Origin: Flavobacterium sp.
GTDB lineage: Bacteria > Bacteroidota > Bacteroidia > Flavobacteriales > Flavobacteriaceae
DNA length: 64,000 nucleotides
Direction: 5' to 3'
Assembly (NCBI GenBank): GCA_023259675.1
Contig: JALRGT010000005.1
Span: forward strand, 30,363 to 94,362
This document shows, piece after piece, positions 9,652 through 20,071 of this stretch. The position numbers and the translations under genes are program-made. Within the stretch, counting starts at the first letter, position 1, and each line of letters opens with the position of its first letter. The notes under the pieces are model-generated. The model was not told the DNA's origin, did not search any database, and saw only the letters and a program-made list of their open reading frames with translations.

Positions 9652-11130
9652 TTAATCGAAAGTTTTATTTCCTATGTGAATATTGTAAAACTTCCATTCT
9701 TCATGTGCCACATCTCTACCAAGTTTTAAACCTTCAAGATTATCAGATTGAATATGATAACCTCCCATCACTCTTGAAATTCCAGCCATATTTGCAGTTT
9801 CAGTAAAAGTAGGGAAGTTTAAAACAACTTTCTTTCCTAAATTATTTGGTTCAGTTAAAGCTCCTGCTACTAGTTCGACAGATTGACCAAACTCCTCACT
9901 GCCCGTCCATAATTTTAAAGCTTCTGCACAACCACCACTTATAGTACTGTGACCTGAAACATAACTCGGGAAAGGTGGGCATAAAAATATGTCTGGAGAA
10001 AAAGGTCTCCATTCTTCTCCTTGCATTGTAATAGTCCCTTTTCCTGGACCTCCCCAAGCATTAATGGGTTGATTGTTATAGTAGTAATGCACCAACGCAT
10101 TTGGTCTTGATGAATCATAAAACATTTTGGTGTCCCAACAAGCAATAAAACAGTCCATTGCCGTAATTTGATTTAAAAAATACATTTTGACATCCTGATC
10201 TAAAGTATGATTATCTCTTCTAGAGACATCTTGAGCAAATTTTAGCCAGTGGCCAGCTTGTTGGACAGATTTTGGTCCATCTCTCATAAACTCAACAAGG
10301 GCTTTATTTTCATCTGTTAAGTTGGCTTGTAGTGCGATTACCTCATCAACTTCTTTTTTAAGTTTTTCCGAACCAAATAATGGGGGAGGGATAGAACGGA
10401 ATTGATCAGCTGATTGCAATCCAACAGGTTTCACTTTATTCCAAAAAGGAGTTAAACAACCAGGTGCAAATTTTCCGCCTTTTCCATCAGAAAAATATTT
10501 TGGTTGCCAGCGATTAATATCATTCATTTTATCTACTGGATTTACAGGTGTATATTTGCTATAATCATAAAAGGCAACCCCATTAGAACCTTCTTCTTCT
10601 GCATACTGATTAGCACCGTCTCCTCTTCGCGCTGCAATTACAGCTTTAGCCGCTAAATTACCTATTCCTTCAGGTGTTTCAGGGTCTAAAGATATATTTG
10701 TTGGATCAAGACCTAATTCTTTCATAAAGGAAGAGAACAACTCTTTGTCACTGTAATAATATTCGCAAAGCGCTCCATACGCTGCATAACTTATTGCAAT
10801 TTCTTTATTTTTTAAATTTTGATCCTTATTTGGCCTTCTTTTAACATCGTTTAGATAGACTGGAATTGCTTTCTCATCATAGCGACTCCAGGCATCAAAA
10901 ATAGCTACAAAAGTCAAACCTAAAATACGGGAAGTAATGGTTGGTCTTGGTTTAAATTTATCAGTGTCATTCGCAGTTGCAAGAACAGCCATTTCTCCCC
11001 ATTTATAAGCAATATTATTTACTCCTATTGGTTCGATAATTTGATTTTTATTCTCTTTAACTTGTGCGAATATATTTGTGGTTAAAGTACTAAATAATAA
11101 TGCTTTAAATAAAAAATTGTAAATTTTCAT
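9652..11130 (-). CDS. Secreted vanadium-dependent haloperoxidase-like enzyme (PAP2 superfamily)
   Basis: All three active-site motifs: KMFYDSSRP (K-x6-RP), PSYVSGHS, SRVMGGYHIQSD (SR-x5-H-x3-D); signal peptide MKIYNFLFKALLFSTLTTNIFAQ from ATG at 11130 (ORF track starts 11172). Confidence 0.85.
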   Translation of the reverse strand: MKIYNFLFKALLFSTLTTNIFAQVKENKNQIIEPIGVNNIAYKWGEMAVLATANDTDKFKPRPTITSRILGLTFVAIFDAWSRYDEKAIPVYLNDVKRRPNKDQNLKNKEIAISYAAYGALCEYYYSDKELFSSFMKELGLDPTNISLDPETPEGIGNLAAKAVIAARRGDGANQYAEEEGSNGVAFYDYSKYTPVNPVDKMNDINRWQPKYFSDGKGGKFAPGCLTPFWNKVKPVGLQSADQFRSIPPPLFGSEKLKKEVDEVIALQANLTDENKALVEFMRDGPKSVQQAGHWLKFAQDVSRRDNHTLDQDVKMYFLNQITAMDCFIACWDTKMFYDSSRPNALVHYYYNNQPINAWGGPGKGTITMQGEEWRPFSPDIFLCPPFPSYVSGHSTISGGCAEALKLWTGSEEFGQSVELVAGALTEPNNLGKKVVLNFPTFTETANMAGISRVMGGYHIQSDNLEGLKLGRDVAHEEWKFYNIHIGNKTFD

Positions 11131-11305
11131 CTTGATAATTTTATATGGTTTTATTAATAGATTTCTTTTCAATTAGAATTAATTGAGTGTTGGATGTTAA
11201 ATTTTAAATGAGCAAATTCAATCTTAAGTTAAACACTAAAGATTTAATGCTAGAGCAAGATTTTTACTAAATCCAGTCTATTTATATTTAACATCAAAGG
11301 AAATA

Positions 11306-11842
11306 CTATACCATATCAGGAGGAGGATAATTAGTTGTAAAATATCCAGAAAGAAGATCTTTTTTTGGATTGTAATATAAAGTAACTGGAAAAATTGATA
11401 CAATAGTAATTACAAAATCAAATGTATCATTTGGAATGTAATCCTTAATAAAGGATTTCATTAATTTTTTATTTGGGTTTTCTTTATTTGAATTTGTACC
11501 AAATATTTGACTATTGACAATTTTTTTTAAATCTTTACTCATAACGTCATTATGAGAATTTTTTAGGCAATATAGTTTTAAAACGTTGTTTTGAATTCTT
11601 TTCTTAAAAACGTGATAGGTCTTATTTTCGATAACGAAATCTTCATTAACATTTTCAATACCTGAATCCACAACATAAGCATAAGGATTAATCTGAATTT
11701 CAATTACTTTAAAATTGGAATTATCGGTATTCTCCATAGCATTCACCCATACTTGCTCTTGTTGTTCAGCAAACATCATATAAAACCCTAAGACATTGTA
11801 AAACAATGTTACGATTAAAAAAAGTGATGCAATTTTCTTCAT
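11306..11842 (-). CDS. Hypothetical protein with N-terminal hydrophobic segment and C-terminal PPP
   Basis: 178-aa ORF, same strand as neighbours, ends ...TTNYPPPDMV. Confidence 0.75.
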   Translation of the reverse strand: MKKIASLFLIVTLFYNVLGFYMMFAEQQEQVWVNAMENTDNSNFKVIEIQINPYAYVVDSGIENVNEDFVIENKTYHVFKKRIQNNVLKLYCLKNSHNDVMSKDLKKIVNSQIFGTNSNKENPNKKLMKSFIKDYIPNDTFDFVITIVSIFPVTLYYNPKKDLLSGYFTTNYPPPDMV

Positions 11843-11875
11843 ATGGAATAAAACTGGGTCTTTGTTACTAAAATT

Positions 11876-14800
11876 TTATTTAAATATTGAAAATATATTC
11901 AATGGAGCATTATTATTAGCTATCATCAAATATTTTTTACCTTTAATTTGTATTGATTTCATTTGTTTGGCATTTTCACCATTATAAAAATTTAAATCCT
12001 TATAGGGTGTCAAATTTCCTTTTGCATCGCCTAAAAGGATATACCCGACATTGCTGTCATAACGAATGGTTTCTACTTCAGATTCATAAATACCTCCAAC
12101 ACCTATAACATCCTGATTGCCGTCCTTATTAACATCTGCAAACACAAATGACATTGTTGGTCCCGTTTGCGCCGTACCAGGCAATTCATTGAATGCAAAA
12201 ACTCCATTACCCTTATTGATGGCATACCCTGATTTAAATTGATAAACTTCTTTATGGTAAGAAGCCTCTAATTCTTTTTTTCCATAAATGTCAGACAAAC
12301 TAGAAACCGCAAAACTTTTGAAAGTTGGCATTTTCTTGCTCACAAATGAATTTTGCTGCGTCGAGCATTCTTTACCTCTCACTGGAACCAAATTCCCTTT
12401 ATACAATTTGCTCAATACCATATCATAAGTACCATTACTATCAAAGTTGTTCCCGTAGATATGTAATGGTTTTTTAACGGAAGGATGAAATTTATTGTTT
12501 CCTCCCAAATTTCCAAAGAAATAATCCAGATCACCGTCTTTATCAATATCAACTTCTGCAACCGTATTCCACCAGCCTTCAGTATTCATAAACTCTTTTA
12601 GTTTTGCAATTTTAAATTGGCCTTTTGTATTTTTTAAAACAGTAATTGGCATCCATTCTCCAACTACAATTAAATCTTTTAAACCGTCCTTATCATAATC
12701 CGAAAAGATAAAATCATTGACAATACCAATTTTAGAAAATTCAGGGGCAAATGTTGCTGTTACGTCTTTGAAAATCCCTTTGTCATTTCTTAAAAAATAG
12801 GACTGAGGTACAAGGGGGTATTTGCCCGGAATACAATGTCCTCCAACAACTAAATCTAAATCGCCATCTTGATCAAAATCAAAAGATTTTACAGCTTTAG
12901 TACTAGTTAACATCTTAGGCAAAGTAGTACTTTTTACAAACTTTCCATTTTTGTTGTTCAAATACAAACGGTCTTGTAAAAAAGGACTGTTTTCTGATAA
13001 TTCATAACCACCACTAGATACATATAAATCTAAATATCCATCACTATTGGCATCAAAAAATAATGCTCCATTATCTTCAAATAGTTTGTCTTTTTCAAAA
13101 TCAGCTTGAACTGAAAGATCAAATTTTCCAGAACGATTTTGTATATATAATTGACCAGATTGTCCTTGAGAACCACCAACGTAGAAATCATCTAAGCCAT
13201 CTTTATTTATGTCGGCAACAGATAGGGCAGGCCCTTGTTGTGAAAGTTTTTGTGGTAACAAAACCTGTTTAGAGAAATCATTGAATACATTTTCTTTATG
13301 TATAAAATCAATCCCTAGTTGTTTTGGATTAATTAGGTTAAAATTACTCTTTACTTTTGTAATGGATGGTGTAACAGAAGTAGCGTCTTTAATATTGAAT
13401 TCTATTGTTTGATTGGCTTGTTCGTTTTCAACAATTGATACTAAACCATTATTCCAAACGACTTCTATTTTATTTATTTTTTCCTCATCACCCAAACCAA
13501 AATTCAGAACATTTGTCATACAAGATTGGTATCCTCTTGTAGGGTATTGCTCTTGATATTGCTGGAGTTTGTCCGTAAACACTTTTACTTTTGCTCCAAT
13601 TCCATTTGAATTATTTACACCACCAATGAGTTTTATGTTTAGATAATTACCTGTAGAATTATTTTTATAAACGGATGCTTTCTCGGACATATTATTAACA
13701 ACCAAGTCTAAATCTCCATCATTGTCTAAATCTGCATAAGCTACGCCATTGGAATTTACTTTTTCATCCAATCCCCATGATTTGGTAGTATTTGAAAACG
13801 ATAAATTGCCATTGTTTTTATAACTATAATTGGATAACTTTTCAGAAGGCATCATATTGACAACATCTAAAACTGTCATATTTATGTTATTGTCAATGTT
13901 GCTTTTTACTTTACGAATGTAATCCTGATTGCTAAAATTACGATCAATGCCATTAGTAATAAATAAATCTTTGAAACCATCATTATCAAAATCAGCAATA
14001 AGCGGAGCCCAACTCCAATCGGTTTTGGATACTCCTGTTAATTGTCCAATGTCACTAAATGTGCCATTCCCGTTATTTAATTGCATCACATTTGCCATAT
14101 AGGGAAGATTATAACCAGCATTGACTATTTTTTCAAAACCTTCCGTATTCATACTTGGCATATTTTCTTTACTACGAATATGATCTTCTGCTGACATTTC
14201 TAAAACCATTAAATCGGGCAAAAAATCATTGTTAATATCGGCATAATCAGTACCCATACTGTTATAAGAAATATGTTTAAAACGAGTATTCAATTGATTT
14301 GAAAATGTCCCGTCCTGATTATTTATGTATAAAAAATCAGGCATTATATAGTCATTCGCAACATAAATATCTGGCCAGCCATCATTATTATAATCCCCAA
14401 TAGAAGCACTTAGTCCCCAAGCTTTATTGACAACTTTTGCTTCGACAGTTACATCAATAAAGATATTTCCATCATTTCTAAATAAATGATCCGATGTTTC
14501 AGGATATTTTTTTTGATTTTCTTTCTTTTCAAGTCGCAATGTATTTTGGAAATCAACTCTGTGATTCACTAAATACATGTCTAAATCGCCGTCTTTATCA
14601 TAATCAAAAAAGTAAGATTGTATAGAAAAACCATCATTATCTAAACCAAAAGCACGGGCATCTTCTTTAAATGTACCATCTTTTTGATTGATATATAACT
14701 TGTTTTTTCTCCATTCTTTTGATTCTAAAGAAGCTGATTTACAAACATAAATATCTAACCAACCATCATTATTAATATCAATCATTGATACTCCTGTTTT

Positions 14801-15154
14801 CCAGCCAAATTCATCTGAAACATTTGCTGATTGCGTAATATCTTCAAACTCGAAGTTTCCTTTATTAAGATATAGTTTGTTAGATTGTTGATTTGAAGTG
14901 AAATAGATGTCTTGTAAACCATCATTATTAATGTCACCAATAGCAACACCTCCGCCATTTAAAGCATACATATATCTAACACAATTGAAAATAGTATCCT
15001 GCTCTACAAAATTCGCAAAGTTAATTTGGGTTTGTTCACTTGGAACTAAAGTAAAAAGAGTTTCAGCATTGGAAGTTTTTTTCTTGAATTGATTATCGCA
15101 ACGGACAAAGAGAAAAACAATTGAAACAGAAACAATAACTTGAAGTAAGCGCAT
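11876..15154 (-). CDS. FG-GAP/VCBS-repeat + ASPIC/UnbV lipoprotein, paralog of 3964-7284
   Basis: Likely start MRLLQVIVSVSIVFLFVRC at 15154 (lipobox); shares TDWSW, NGVAYADLDNDGDLDLVVNN and PVRGxxCSxQQ blocks with the 1106-aa paralog. Confidence 0.9.
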   Translation of the reverse strand: MRLLQVIVSVSIVFLFVRCDNQFKKKTSNAETLFTLVPSEQTQINFANFVEQDTIFNCVRYMYALNGGGVAIGDINNDGLQDIYFTSNQQSNKLYLNKGNFEFEDITQSANVSDEFGWKTGVSMIDINNDGWLDIYVCKSASLESKEWRKNKLYINQKDGTFKEDARAFGLDNDGFSIQSYFFDYDKDGDLDMYLVNHRVDFQNTLRLEKKENQKKYPETSDHLFRNDGNIFIDVTVEAKVVNKAWGLSASIGDYNNDGWPDIYVANDYIMPDFLYINNQDGTFSNQLNTRFKHISYNSMGTDYADINNDFLPDLMVLEMSAEDHIRSKENMPSMNTEGFEKIVNAGYNLPYMANVMQLNNGNGTFSDIGQLTGVSKTDWSWAPLIADFDNDGFKDLFITNGIDRNFSNQDYIRKVKSNIDNNINMTVLDVVNMMPSEKLSNYSYKNNGNLSFSNTTKSWGLDEKVNSNGVAYADLDNDGDLDLVVNNMSEKASVYKNNSTGNYLNIKLIGGVNNSNGIGAKVKVFTDKLQQYQEQYPTRGYQSCMTNVLNFGLGDEEKINKIEVVWNNGLVSIVENEQANQTIEFNIKDATSVTPSITKVKSNFNLINPKQLGIDFIHKENVFNDFSKQVLLPQKLSQQGPALSVADINKDGLDDFYVGGSQGQSGQLYIQNRSGKFDLSVQADFEKDKLFEDNGALFFDANSDGYLDLYVSSGGYELSENSPFLQDRLYLNNKNGKFVKSTTLPKMLTSTKAVKSFDFDQDGDLDLVVGGHCIPGKYPLVPQSYFLRNDKGIFKDVTATFAPEFSKIGIVNDFIFSDYDKDGLKDLIVVGEWMPITVLKNTKGQFKIAKLKEFMNTEGWWNTVAEVDIDKDGDLDYFFGNLGGNNKFHPSVKKPLHIYGNNFDSNGTYDMVLSKLYKGNLVPVRGKECSTQQNSFVSKKMPTFKSFAVSSLSDIYGKKELEASYHKEVYQFKSGYAINKGNGVFAFNELPGTAQTGPTMSFVFADVNKDGNQDVIGVGGIYESEVETIRYDSNVGYILLGDAKGNLTPYKDLNFYNGENAKQMKSIQIKGKKYLMIANNNAPLNIFSIFK

Positions 15155-15180
15155 AGAACTTATTGTTTTAAATATAAAAA

Positions 15181-15223
15181 TATTGTAGTGGTAATTATTT
15201 ATACAAACAGTACCACTACAATA
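15181..15223. other. 13-bp perfect inverted repeat (TATTGTAGTGGTA / TACCACTACAATA, 17-nt loop)
   Basis: Seen directly in the susD-VCBS intergenic region. Confidence 0.75.
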
Positions 15224-15230
15224 AATTAAT

Positions 15231-15256
15231 AAACAGCGCATATTAATGCGCTGTTT
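15231..15256 (-). terminator. Hairpin after susD (probable intrinsic terminator or mRNA-stabilising stem)
   Basis: AAACAGCGCAT-ATTA-ATGCGCTGTTT perfect 11-bp stem, weak U tract on minus strand. Confidence 0.7.
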
Positions 15257-15295
15257 ACCTAAATAACTAACTAACTCAAACTAACATCAAATCGT

Positions 15296-16783
15296 TTAGT
15301 AACCAGGATTATTATCACTTGGTTTTATATTAGGATTAGAAGATGTTTCTCTATTCGGTATTGGCCATAATTCACTTTTACCAGCGGTAAAACCAGTTCC
15401 TACTAGTTCAGTACTTGCAATACCCCATCTAATTATGTCATCAAAACGAACTTGTTCGCCAGCTAATTCAACCTTGCGTTCATGAATAAGAGCCGTAAAG
15501 ACCTCTGCTTTTGTAAGATTTGTTGCTAATAGAGGCACATTTGCTCTTAAGCGAACTTCATTAATGTAACCGATAGCAGTTGATTGTACACCTCCTTGTC
15601 TTAAACTTTCACATTCTGCTTTCATTAGCAATACATCTGAATAACGCATAACTTTGAAGTTAATACTTGAATCTTGATTTTCATCTGTACGCTTATAGTA
15701 GTTTTGATATTTTTTCCAACCTGCTCTTCTAAGACCTTCAGTTGAAGAAAAATTAGCAGCTGTCATAGTTAAGGTTCCATTATTGTATACTGATCCTGGC
15801 ACATAAAAAGTATCTCCAAAACGTTTGTCACCGGACTCATACTCATCCAATATATCATCTGATGGATATACATTATACCAACCTAAGTTACCGTATTCCT
15901 GACCTCTAAGAGTTGCTTCAGCAACACCGGTTCCAGCAGTATCGCTACCCCATTTATCAGCTGTCCCTAAATTTTCATCATATTCAATCTCAAAAATGGA
16001 TTCTGGACCATGCTCAGTTTCATCCATAAAGTTGTTGTAAAAATTAGATTCTAAGCTAAATCCTGTAACATTATTAAAAGCAGCTAAAGCTTCATCATAT
16101 TTATTTTGATACAACAATGCTTTTCCTAAATAAGCATAAGCAGCTTCTTTGGTCGCTCTTCCTTTTTGTTCTGTGTTTTTGCTTAATAAATTTTTAGAAG
16201 CAAAATCAAAATCATCTGTAATCAATTTATAGACATCCTCTTTGGAACTTCTGGGAGCACCAGTCGTAGTCTGCGTAGTATAAATTGGTAAATCACCAAA
16301 TCGAGGCACTAATAGAAAATAATAGTAGGCTCTTAAAAAATGAGCTTCTCCTAAAAATTTATTCTTTTTCTCTTGTGATAAAACTGAATTTGGTAAAGCC
16401 ATAATCTTCTCCTCATTATCTAATACAAAATTAGCTTTGGATATTCCTAAAAAACAAGCTTCCCAATAGTACTGAATAATATCACTACTGGCATCAAAAG
16501 AAAAATTTAGGAAAGGTGTTTTGTTCCCTTCTAATTGCGGATTTCCTTTGTTTTCCTGTGACATATTGTCCAATGCAAAGAAAATATGTCTTGCATAAAG
16601 TCCTCTTGTTTGTAAGTTTGCATAGCATGCATTTACAGTCGCTTGTACTTGAACTTCCGTTTTAAAGTAAGTGTCAGGAGATAATTCATTTGGATTACTC
16701 AATTCTAAATCCTTAGTGTCGCATGAATTTATTGCAAAAATTCCGGACAATACGATAACTATATATTTTATTTTTCTCATCAT
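15296..16783 (-). CDS. SusD/RagB nutrient-binding lipoprotein
   Basis: Lipobox AINSC; GEAHFLRAYYYF, RYSDVLLMKAE, ERKVELAGEQVRFDDIIRWG, terminal NPGY. Confidence 0.96.
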   Translation of the reverse strand: MMRKIKYIVIVLSGIFAINSCDTKDLELSNPNELSPDTYFKTEVQVQATVNACYANLQTRGLYARHIFFALDNMSQENKGNPQLEGNKTPFLNFSFDASSDIIQYYWEACFLGISKANFVLDNEEKIMALPNSVLSQEKKNKFLGEAHFLRAYYYFLLVPRFGDLPIYTTQTTTGAPRSSKEDVYKLITDDFDFASKNLLSKNTEQKGRATKEAAYAYLGKALLYQNKYDEALAAFNNVTGFSLESNFYNNFMDETEHGPESIFEIEYDENLGTADKWGSDTAGTGVAEATLRGQEYGNLGWYNVYPSDDILDEYESGDKRFGDTFYVPGSVYNNGTLTMTAANFSSTEGLRRAGWKKYQNYYKRTDENQDSSINFKVMRYSDVLLMKAECESLRQGGVQSTAIGYINEVRLRANVPLLATNLTKAEVFTALIHERKVELAGEQVRFDDIIRWGIASTELVGTGFTAGKSELWPIPNRETSSNPNIKPSDNNPGY

Positions 16784-16794
16784 CTTTTTATATA

Positions 16795-19700
16795 TTAAAA
16801 TGTAACGTCAAGACCAAAAATCACTGATTTTGGTTGTGGATATCTTCCTATATCAATTCCTGCAGAATTGGCATTACCATCTACACGTGCAATTTCAGGA
16901 TCTAAACCAGAATATTTTGTAAGAGTAACAAGGTTTTGTCCACTTAAATATAATCTTACATTAGAAAAGTACTTCTTAAATGTGTCACCTGATAATGAAT
17001 ATCCTACAGTAATATTTTTTAATCTTGCATAAGAGCCATCTTCAACATATCGTTGACTAGCTGAAGACCAGTTTTGAGTTGCACCAAGCGCTCTAGGTAT
17101 TGTAGCCGATGAATTGGTAACAACTCCATTTGAAACAATTGCTCGATCTAAAACATCAGTACTCGCGTTAAATAAACGTTGCATAGCCTGTAAATCAAAT
17201 ATATTTGCGTTAAAAACATCATTTCCTTGAACTCCTGTTATAAAACAGTTAAAATCGAATTTTTTATACGCTGCGGTAAGGTTTAAACCGTATGTGAAAT
17301 TCGGATATGGATTTCCAATATTTGTTTTGTCTTCTGAGTTGATTACCTTATCACCATTACGGTCAACAAATCGTATATCACCAGGTCCATAAGTTGTTTG
17401 ACCCGGAGCTAAAACAGCATCTACTTCTGCTTGGTTTTGATATATTCCATCGGTTTCATAACCCCAAAAATAGAATGCCGGTTGACCCACTTCCAGTCTC
17501 GAGAAGTTTTCTAAACCAGCTCTTCCTGAAGGTCCGCCTAAAACACTGGTTACACCAGGAGCTAAATCTGTTACTTCATTTTTGTTAGTACCTATATTAA
17601 GTGTAGCTGACCAAGTAAAATCTCCTTTTCGGTCATTGTAACCTAATGATACTTCAATTCCGCTTCCTTTCATATCAGCAACATTTTGAGTCTGAAATCC
17701 ATCACCTATACCTACAGAAGCAGGAAGAGGTACTCGAAAAAGAATATCAGTCGCTTTATTGTTAAAATATTCGAAAGATCCTGTGAATTGTTCATTGAAT
17801 AAACCAAAATCCAAACCTATGTTTCTTTCATTTTTAGACTCCCATCTCAAATTAGGATTTGCAGCACCTCCTGCTGTAACACCAATTGCAGCAACCCCAT
17901 CAATTGGGTAAGTATAATTAGATGCTAAAGTAGGACTATATTGATAATCGCCAATTCTATCATTACCGGTTGTTCCTGCACTCGCTCTAAGCTTTAATGT
18001 ACTAAAAATAGAATTTTCCATAAAGCTTTCTTTTGCCATATTCCAACCTAAAGCAAGAGAGTAGTAATTACCATAACGGTAATTAGATCCAAAACGAGAA
18101 GAACCATCTCTACGTCCTGATACAGCAAAGATATATTTGTCGTCATAATCATAATTAATACGAGCAATATAACCTAAATTATTAGTCTCAGAATTAGAAG
18201 AACTCAAATTTGCATTTTGAAGACTCAACTGATCAATTTCATCTGAAATTAAGTTGCGACTACCGGCAACCAAGTTCTGGAACTTACTCTCAATTTTTGT
18301 TACAACTCCTAATACTTCAAAATTATGTTTATCGGCAATAGTAGTTTTGTATGTTAAACCATTATCAAAAACGATGGTTTGGCCTATAGAATTTGTTTCA
18401 TTAGTTGACGAATATGCCTGATTATGGGCGGTACCATCACTATAGCTAGGAACAAAAGTATGATCTTTACTGGTAAAATAATCTAAGGAAACTTGAGATC
18501 TAAATTTTAAGCCTTTGTAAAGTTCTAATTCAGCAAATATGTTTCCTATTATAGATAATCCATTAATTTTTTGATATCCATGATTTGCAACACGTAAAGG
18601 GTTTTCTGCATCTTGTCCATCAGATGTAGAAGGACCTTGATATCCACCTAGATTATTTTCATTGTAAATAGGTAAATAAGGAGCACTTTTAATAGCATGC
18701 TCCAATAGGGTTCTACCTCCGGCACTACGCTCTGGACTAGTTTTGTTAAAGGATAATCCAATACTACTTCCTACAGTTAATTTACCTACGGTTTGTGTAT
18801 TATTAGATCTGAAAGAGTAACGTTCAAAACCGGTATTGATAAGAGCTCCTTCTTGTTTTAAATAGCCACCAGAATAACGACTTGTAGAAGTTTCGGAACC
18901 ACTTGAGTAACTCAAATTATAATCTTGCATTAAGCCTGTCTGGAAAATTTTGTCTTGCCAATTGGTATTTCTATTACCAAATTCAGCAGCTCTTGCCGTT
19001 AAATTACTTCCTAAATCATTAGCATACTGAATATATTGTTGTGTATTTAAAACATCATATCTTTTGGTAACTGTTTGAGAACCTACGTAAGAACTAAAAT
19101 TTAATTGGCCAGGACCTTGTTTTCCTTTTTTCGTAGTTACCATAATTACCCCATTAAAAGCTTTTGCACCATATAAAGCTGTTGTTGAGGCATCTTTTAA
19201 AACCGACATGGATTCAATGTCACTAGGATTTAGCCCGGATAAGTTCCCTACCAAAACTCCATCAATTACGTATAAAGGCGCACTATTATTCATTGTAGCT
19301 AAACCACGAATTTGTACTGTAGGGCTTGAACCTGGAGCTCCATTTACCACCGTAACACCTGCCGCTCTACCCTGTAAAGCTGACTCTGCGTTAGTGATTG
19401 GAACTGCTACAATATCTTTTGAGGTTACCGTTGAAATAGCTCCAGTTACTTTACTTCTCTTTTGAGTACCGTAAGCTACTACTACAACTTCACTTAAGCT
19501 TTGTGTAGATTCTGCTAATTTTACATTAATGACAGTTTGACCACCAAGAGTAATTGTTTGTGACATCAAGCCAATATAAGAGAAAGTTATTTTGTCTGTG
19601 GCATTAACTCCTTTTAAAGAGTACTTACCATCAAAATCAGTTGAGGCGCTATTTTTTGTACCTTCTACATTAATACTGGCACCAGGCAAAGGAAATCCTG

Positions 19701-19803
19701 CCGAATCGGTAACCACACCCTGTATGGTCTTTGATTGTGCCATTATATTCTGACTGCTAATTATTAGCAATGCGATTATTGCAAATTTTAGTTTTAACAT
19801 CAT
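16795..19803 (-). CDS. SusC/RagA TonB-dependent receptor
   Basis: DIESMSVLKDASTTALYGAKAFNGVIMVTTKKG plug motif; ends in F; directly upstream of susD. Confidence 0.97.
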   Translation of the reverse strand: MMLKLKFAIIALLIISSQNIMAQSKTIQGVVTDSAGFPLPGASINVEGTKNSASTDFDGKYSLKGVNATDKITFSYIGLMSQTITLGGQTVINVKLAESTQSLSEVVVVAYGTQKRSKVTGAISTVTSKDIVAVPITNAESALQGRAAGVTVVNGAPGSSPTVQIRGLATMNNSAPLYVIDGVLVGNLSGLNPSDIESMSVLKDASTTALYGAKAFNGVIMVTTKKGKQGPGQLNFSSYVGSQTVTKRYDVLNTQQYIQYANDLGSNLTARAAEFGNRNTNWQDKIFQTGLMQDYNLSYSSGSETSTSRYSGGYLKQEGALINTGFERYSFRSNNTQTVGKLTVGSSIGLSFNKTSPERSAGGRTLLEHAIKSAPYLPIYNENNLGGYQGPSTSDGQDAENPLRVANHGYQKINGLSIIGNIFAELELYKGLKFRSQVSLDYFTSKDHTFVPSYSDGTAHNQAYSSTNETNSIGQTIVFDNGLTYKTTIADKHNFEVLGVVTKIESKFQNLVAGSRNLISDEIDQLSLQNANLSSSNSETNNLGYIARINYDYDDKYIFAVSGRRDGSSRFGSNYRYGNYYSLALGWNMAKESFMENSIFSTLKLRASAGTTGNDRIGDYQYSPTLASNYTYPIDGVAAIGVTAGGAANPNLRWESKNERNIGLDFGLFNEQFTGSFEYFNNKATDILFRVPLPASVGIGDGFQTQNVADMKGSGIEVSLGYNDRKGDFTWSATLNIGTNKNEVTDLAPGVTSVLGGPSGRAGLENFSRLEVGQPAFYFWGYETDGIYQNQAEVDAVLAPGQTTYGPGDIRFVDRNGDKVINSEDKTNIGNPYPNFTYGLNLTAAYKKFDFNCFITGVQGNDVFNANIFDLQAMQRLFNASTDVLDRAIVSNGVVTNSSATIPRALGATQNWSSASQRYVEDGSYARLKNITVGYSLSGDTFKKYFSNVRLYLSGQNLVTLTKYSGLDPEIARVDGNANSAGIDIGRYPQPKSVIFGLDVTF

Positions 19804-20063
19804 AGTTAATTGGTTTTTGATTGATTTAAATGATTATTTAGTTGTAAAAATTATTATTGATTATATTGATTATAATCTATTTTCTACTTCCTTAAATTTT
19901 TTATTATAAATTCTTCTACGTTTATATTTTCTCGAATCATATTATATTATTTTTTAATTTAAAAAAGAGGTGTTCAATAAATAAATTTGGTCGTCATTTC
20001 ATACTATAAAATTGTTTTTAAAATTGTTAATATTGGGTTCAGGTTGTTTAATATTCTTTAATC

Positions 20064-20071
20064 CAAAAATA
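20064..20071 (-). promoter_or_regulatory. Candidate Bacteroidota -7 element for susC
   Basis: TATTTTTG on minus strand matches TAnnTTTG; no clear -33, compatible with activator dependence. Confidence 0.45.

Noticed and set aside
3964-15154. Recurring nucleotide similarity (ccatcattatc / tcgccatc-type motifs) as a repeat array or CRISPR
   Set aside because: These encode DxDxDG calcium-binding FG-GAP repeats; no constant repeat-spacer structure anywhere in the window
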